A stretch of DNA of 64,000 nucleotides, from NCBI GenBank assembly GCA_031254115.1, contig JAIRUZ010000027.1, positions 2,214 through 66,213 of the forward strand. The letters are read 5' to 3'. Positions 60,101-64,000 of the stretch are shown here, piece by piece (position 1 is the first letter of the stretch; each line of letters begins with the position of its first letter). The translations under genes and the position numbers were made by a program. The notes below the pieces were generated by a model. The model searched no databases. It was given only the letters and a program-made list of their open reading frames with translations, and was not told where the DNA came from. The stretch comes from Streptococcaceae bacterium. GTDB lineage: Bacteria > Bacillota > Bacilli > Lactobacillales > Streptococcaceae.

Positions 60101-61219
60101 TTATTGCCGACGATTTCGAGCGCCGCGAATGGCTTTTTTTGTCAGCACATTTGCATAAATGCCTTGCGGCGTCTGATTTTCTTCTGAGCGCCTCTGTGCC
60201 TCAGATTCCTCTAACACCAACGTTTCCGAGCTTTCAGAGAAGGCGATTTCGTGCGCACTTTCTGACGACGCCAAAAACGGCGTTTCGCTTTCAGACCACT
60301 CGGAAAATGCAAATGCGGGCGCACTTTCGGCTTCTTCTTTGGGTGCCTCTGGCGTTTCTGAAGTGACAACGCTCTGAACCTCTGAAATTTCTGACTCTGT
60401 CTCTATTTCTTTCTTATTTTTTGACGTCCAATAAACATAATTCAGCATTTCCTCTTCATCGCTGATGAGCGCACGCTCTGACTTGAAAATATAATCAAAA
60501 AATCCGGTTGTTTTAGCCTCAAAATGTGGCACGCTCAGCTGCAGCGCATTGGTTTCATCAGGCTGCAAAACAGAACCCGTTTCTTGCGGCTCAACAGCTT
60601 CAGGATAAGCCGCCAAAACAGGAAATGCTGAGATCCGCACATTTTCGTTCTCATCTTCATCTTTGGGCTCATTTTCAGACAGCGCTTGTGGTGCAGGTTC
60701 TAATTGTGCATGCGCCTTGTCAAGCGTCCTCACGAGCGCCGCGCGCGCCAAGAGATAGTCTTGGTTGGCCTCGTCAAGCGTGCCTTGCGTTTGTAAATAA
60801 CTCGAAAGCGCACGCTCATATCCCTCAGGCAGCGACGTTTTCGCTCTCTCCAACTTGTTGAGCTTATACGTTTTGCCTTTTATCAGAAGTTCAATGGCTT
60901 GCACCAGCATTTTGTCAATTGGATCGGCACTTTTTTGCAATTTGCCAAGTTCACGTGCACGCGCATAAATCTGCTGCTTGAGCTGTATATGCGCGTCAAA
61001 CATCTCGCCAAGCGCTTCTTTGAACGCAAATGTGTCTTGCTGCGCACGCGTCATCTGCTCATTGAGCTGACGCACACGCTTTTCAGAATGCTCCAGCATT
61101 TTTGTATTTTTTTCAACCTCAAAAACCAACTGCGAGAGAGTCAGCGTTTTTTCTTCCTTTTCTCTTTCTTTCAGTTGGTTGAGCGTCTCGCCTGCTATTT
61201 CTTGAAGTTGCCTAATCAT
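60101..61219 (-). CDS. Hypothetical protein, coiled-coil N-half and acidic low-complexity C-half
   Basis: 372-aa open frame; start 6 nt after TGGTATAAT; family not recognised. Confidence 0.7.
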   Translation of the reverse strand: MIRQLQEIAGETLNQLKEREKEEKTLTLSQLVFEVEKNTKMLEHSEKRVRQLNEQMTRAQQDTFAFKEALGEMFDAHIQLKQQIYARARELGKLQKSADPIDKMLVQAIELLIKGKTYKLNKLERAKTSLPEGYERALSSYLQTQGTLDEANQDYLLARAALVRTLDKAHAQLEPAPQALSENEPKDEDENENVRISAFPVLAAYPEAVEPQETGSVLQPDETNALQLSVPHFEAKTTGFFDYIFKSERALISDEEEMLNYVYWTSKNKKEIETESEISEVQSVVTSETPEAPKEEAESAPAFAFSEWSESETPFLASSESAHEIAFSESSETLVLEESEAQRRSEENQTPQGIYANVLTKKAIRGARNRRQ

Positions 61220-61333
61220 AAGTCTATTATACCATAATTCGCGCCATTCCCCCAGCGTTTCCAAAGAACTAAAAGCCTGTTTGGAACACGAAAAGCGAGA
61301 CATTTGACTCGCTTATTTTTTAGATTCGTTGCT

Positions 61334-62047
61334 TCAGATTCTTTTGCTGATAAATTTCTCGAGTGGCTCTTTTTCTTTGTCAAATTTTTCAACGCGATCA
61401 GACCAGCGTTTCAAGAGAACAGGCGCACCCGTGATTTCATAACGTCTGCAAATTAATTGCAAATCAGGTGACAATTTCAAATTTTCCATGTCCACATAAT
61501 ACAGTTTGACAGCGGAAAGTTCGGCCGCAAGCTCACGACTATCAAGATCAGTCACCTTGCCAAAGAAAACAAGCGAACTTTCAGGCAAAAAATCAAGGTC
61601 GCGCGCGCTGATGAGTTGTGCGTTTTTGAGTGCGTTGAAATACCCGCCAATCATCTCATCTGTCAGCCCGTGCGTCAAGCGCTGACCACTGACCGCAAAT
61701 TGATTGCCGTCAAGGTCAAAAAAGCTAAAGGTATAATCTTCGCCAAGCGGCATAATCTCGCTGACACGCTTCGTTTCCTTTGAGATTTCTTCATACGCCT
61801 TGTCAATATCATCTGTCGAAAACAAAATATTGGCGTTAATCGTCTGAATGCCTGGGTTCGTGCGTTCAATGTAGTCGATTTCATAAAGCTGAATGCTGAC
61901 ATTGCCGAAATCATAGCCCGAGAGCAGCACCGACATACTGTTTTCAAGCGGAATCGTCGCGAGTTCATCAAAGCCAATCGCCGTCCAAAAATTCATGGCA
62001 CGACGTACATTTTTCACATAAAGCATGAGTGTCATGCCGTTTATCAT
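61334..62047 (-). CDS. VOC/glyoxalase domain fused to a degenerate thioredoxin-like domain
   Basis: MLYVKN..RAMNFW..IGF and FSFFDLDGNQF (VOC); LVFFGKVT...LYYVD...YEITGAPVLL (Trx-like, no CxxC). Confidence 0.65.
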   Translation of the reverse strand: MINGMTLMLYVKNVRRAMNFWTAIGFDELATIPLENSMSVLLSGYDFGNVSIQLYEIDYIERTNPGIQTINANILFSTDDIDKAYEEISKETKRVSEIMPLGEDYTFSFFDLDGNQFAVSGQRLTHGLTDEMIGGYFNALKNAQLISARDLDFLPESSLVFFGKVTDLDSRELAAELSAVKLYYVDMENLKLSPDLQLICRRYEITGAPVLLKRWSDRVEKFDKEKEPLEKFISKRI

Positions 62048-62069
62048 AAGTTTAGCTCCTCTTATTCAT

Positions 62070-64000
62070 TCAATTTTGTTGTTTGCGGCGTTTGAGTGAC
62101 GCGACTGTCAGCGCTGACAAGATAAGCGTGCTGCCAAGCGTTTCAAGCGCCAATTCACCAGATGTGTCGCCCGTTTCTGGGAGCGCTTTGTTAGCTGACG
62201 ACGCCGTTTTTGAGGTGTTATTTGCGCGCACAATTGTCGCAGACGCTGTTTTTGATTTCACCTGAAAATCAGTGGCGCTTGCAGGCGCTTGCGGCGTCGT
62301 TTGGCCGACGAGTGTGCCTGCTGAAACGCCTGATGGAATCACTTTCGCGCTGTCAGCTGACGACGCAATCTCTGCCAATGTTTGAGACGTGCTGCCAGAC
62401 TCGGATACAAAATTTATTGCTGCAGCCGTTGTCGAAAGCACTTGAGCAAACGCGTAATTTGCTTTCAACGTATGTCCGCTGAGACCTGTGCCGTTAAAAC
62501 TGAGTGTCACCGTCGTGTTTCCGTAGCCATTATTGTCCAGCGTAAACGTGCTTGACGCTTGCGTGACGGCATTTCCTGTCATCTGATCAATCAGCGTCAC
62601 TGTTACCTTTTGAGTGGTGCCCGCTTGCGCTTTCGCGTTATTGATAGTGACGAGATTAAAGGCTAATTGGCCCGGCGCCGCGCTAAAGCCGTTGGTCTGA
62701 TACGCGCCGACAAGTGTGGCTTGCGCAGACGCAACATTGACGGTCGTCGTTACGGTCGCGCTCTTGCCCGTCACAGGATCCACGTAAGAATACGTCAACA
62801 CGTAGCTGCCTGACTGTGACATATTGACAGCCGAGCTGTCAACGCTCACATTGGACGGATTACCTGTCGTGCCATCCGAGTTTGTGACGGAAACTAGGCC
62901 TGCTGACGCGTTTAAGCTGTAGCCTACCCACGTGTCAATTTCTTGCGTGAGAAGCGTTGCGACCCCTGCGGCAGGTGTGCTGCCAAGCAATGTCTGATAA
63001 GCTGCAAGCGCATTGCTATACGCAGCTGTCGCCGAAGACAGATTGGTCGTCAAGCTCGCCTGCAACGTGAGTGCCGCGCTATTTTTTGAAGTATACGAAG
63101 CATACGCACTTGAGTTGACATATTCAAAAATCATATTGGGCAATGGCTTTGTTGCGGGATTGCTCGTCGCACTTGCCATTGAAATAGCCGCATTGTAAGA
63201 CGCATTGTTTGTATAACCGGGACCTTCCATGGCAACAAACAGGTCGTAGCCTGTGCCCGTATTTGCAGACGAAAGCACACTCAGCGCCTCATAGCTCTGC
63301 ATGTAAAGCAAATTCGCGCGGTGACCGTAATGGTCGACGCCTAGAGATTCTGGATTGTCGCTCTCATCGTACCAATCCATCAACAGATAATACGCAACTT
63401 CCTGATCCGATAGCATTTGATCAGTGATACCGCCGTTTGCGGAAATATTTTCAGCATGCGTGCCCGCTTGATCGTGGCTAAAATCAGAAATAATCTGCGC
63501 CGCACGCGTATTTGCAAACGCTTGTAGGCTCGCGACGTCGCTCGCCAAGCTGCCAGAATAGCCCGCCGTTGTGCCATTTGCGTACAAAATCGCTGGCTGA
63601 CCGTTGAGCGCGCGAAGCTGATTCAAATCTGCCAAGAAATAGCTGTTAATCGCCGCTTGATTGGGCACATAAGAGCTTGCTGGCATTGGTAAAACAACGA
63701 CTTCAGAGCTTGAAAAACTCGTTGAAGCAAATAAATCCGTTGCACTCGTTTGCCCATTTGCGCTAAATTTTGTCAAATCTTGCGTGGCGACGGCTGACAA
63801 ATTCACTTGAGCGGCGCTCAGACTTGCAAGCTGCGACTGATTGAGCGCAAGTGCTGACGTTGCCGAAGCCACTGCTGAGCTTGCGCTTGCAACAGCTGAA
63901 CTTGCCGCTGACAGCTGATTGACCGACTGGCTCGTCGTGCTGACAGCCGCCGATGTGACCGTTTGTACAGCAGGCTCTGAGCTTGAAGCTGACAAGACCT
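62070..64000 (-). CDS. LPXTG-anchored surface protein with CAP/SCP-like and Ig-like domains; 5' end outside window
   Basis: LNQLRA, DFSH, AENI, GHRANLL (CAP); VDSSAVN...GSYVLTYS (Ig-like); LPETG + TM + KRRK. Confidence 0.85.
   Translation of the reverse strand, partial: VLSASSSEPAVQTVTSAAVSTTSQSVNQLSAASSAVASASSAVASATSALALNQSQLASLSAAQVNLSAVATQDLTKFSANGQTSATDLFASTSFSSSEVVVLPMPASSYVPNQAAINSYFLADLNQLRALNGQPAILYANGTTAGYSGSLASDVASLQAFANTRAAQIISDFSHDQAGTHAENISANGGITDQMLSDQEVAYYLLMDWYDESDNPESLGVDHYGHRANLLYMQSYEALSVLSSANTGTGYDLFVAMEGPGYTNNASYNAAISMASATSNPATKPLPNMIFEYVNSSAYASYTSKNSAALTLQASLTTNLSSATAAYSNALAAYQTLLGSTPAAGVATLLTQEIDTWVGYSLNASAGLVSVTNSDGTTGNPSNVSVDSSAVNMSQSGSYVLTYSYVDPVTGKSATVTTTVNVASAQATLVGAYQTNGFSAAPGQLAFNLVTINNAKAQAGTTQKVTVTLIDQMTGNAVTQASSTFTLDNNGYGNTTVTLSFNGTGLSGHTLKANYAFAQVLSTTAAAINFVSESGSTSQTLAEIASSADSAKVIPSGVSAGTLVGQTTPQAPASATDFQVKSKTASATIVRANNTSKTASSANKALPETGDTSGELALETLGSTLILSALTVASLKRRKQQN

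Noticed and set aside
152-63996. CRISPR array built from the CTGACA repeats
   Set aside because: Repeats are 6-16 bp, dispersed and mostly intragenic, without regular spacers; no cas genes.

Overview
Chromosomal window from a lactococcus-like member of the Streptococcaceae (inferred from PgmH-type alpha-phosphoglucomutase, an LlrA/KinA-like two-component system and strand-skewed GCGCGTG). Most genes are on the minus strand. Two GC-richer housekeeping blocks flank a visibly AT-richer accessory region. The left block (1-20.3 kb) holds infC-rpmI-rplT, lemA-htpX, rnz, pgmH, manA, phoH, obgE, murD-murG-divIB, RR/HK, rpmE2 and nadR. The right block (46.9-64 kb) holds parE-exonuclease-parC, a GT2, an EEP-family protein, an APC permease, dnaG-rpoD, three tRNAs and an LPXTG surface protein. 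The ~26.5 kb accessory region (20.4-46.9 kb) carries PadR/MFS, two paralogous LacI + GH31 + sugar-ABC modules and an RpiR / galactitol-type PTS / aldolase / TIM / YjbQ operon, with no integrase. Signals the gene list does not explain: (1) a highly iterated dyad TGTCAG-NN-CTGACA and its half-sites, inside genes in different frames and in intergenic hairpins, nearly absent from the island; (2) a primary sigma factor with an IF2-N-like N-terminal extension; (3) about a dozen genes whose ATG lies 6-8 nt after a -10 box with no SD; (4) a TA-flanked MITE-like repeat family; (5) two small ORFs below the track cutoff; (6) stacked copies of the rpmE2 3' end; (7) an SDR gene in two pieces 13 kb apart. 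All calls are by eye from sequence and remembered family motifs; no searches were run.
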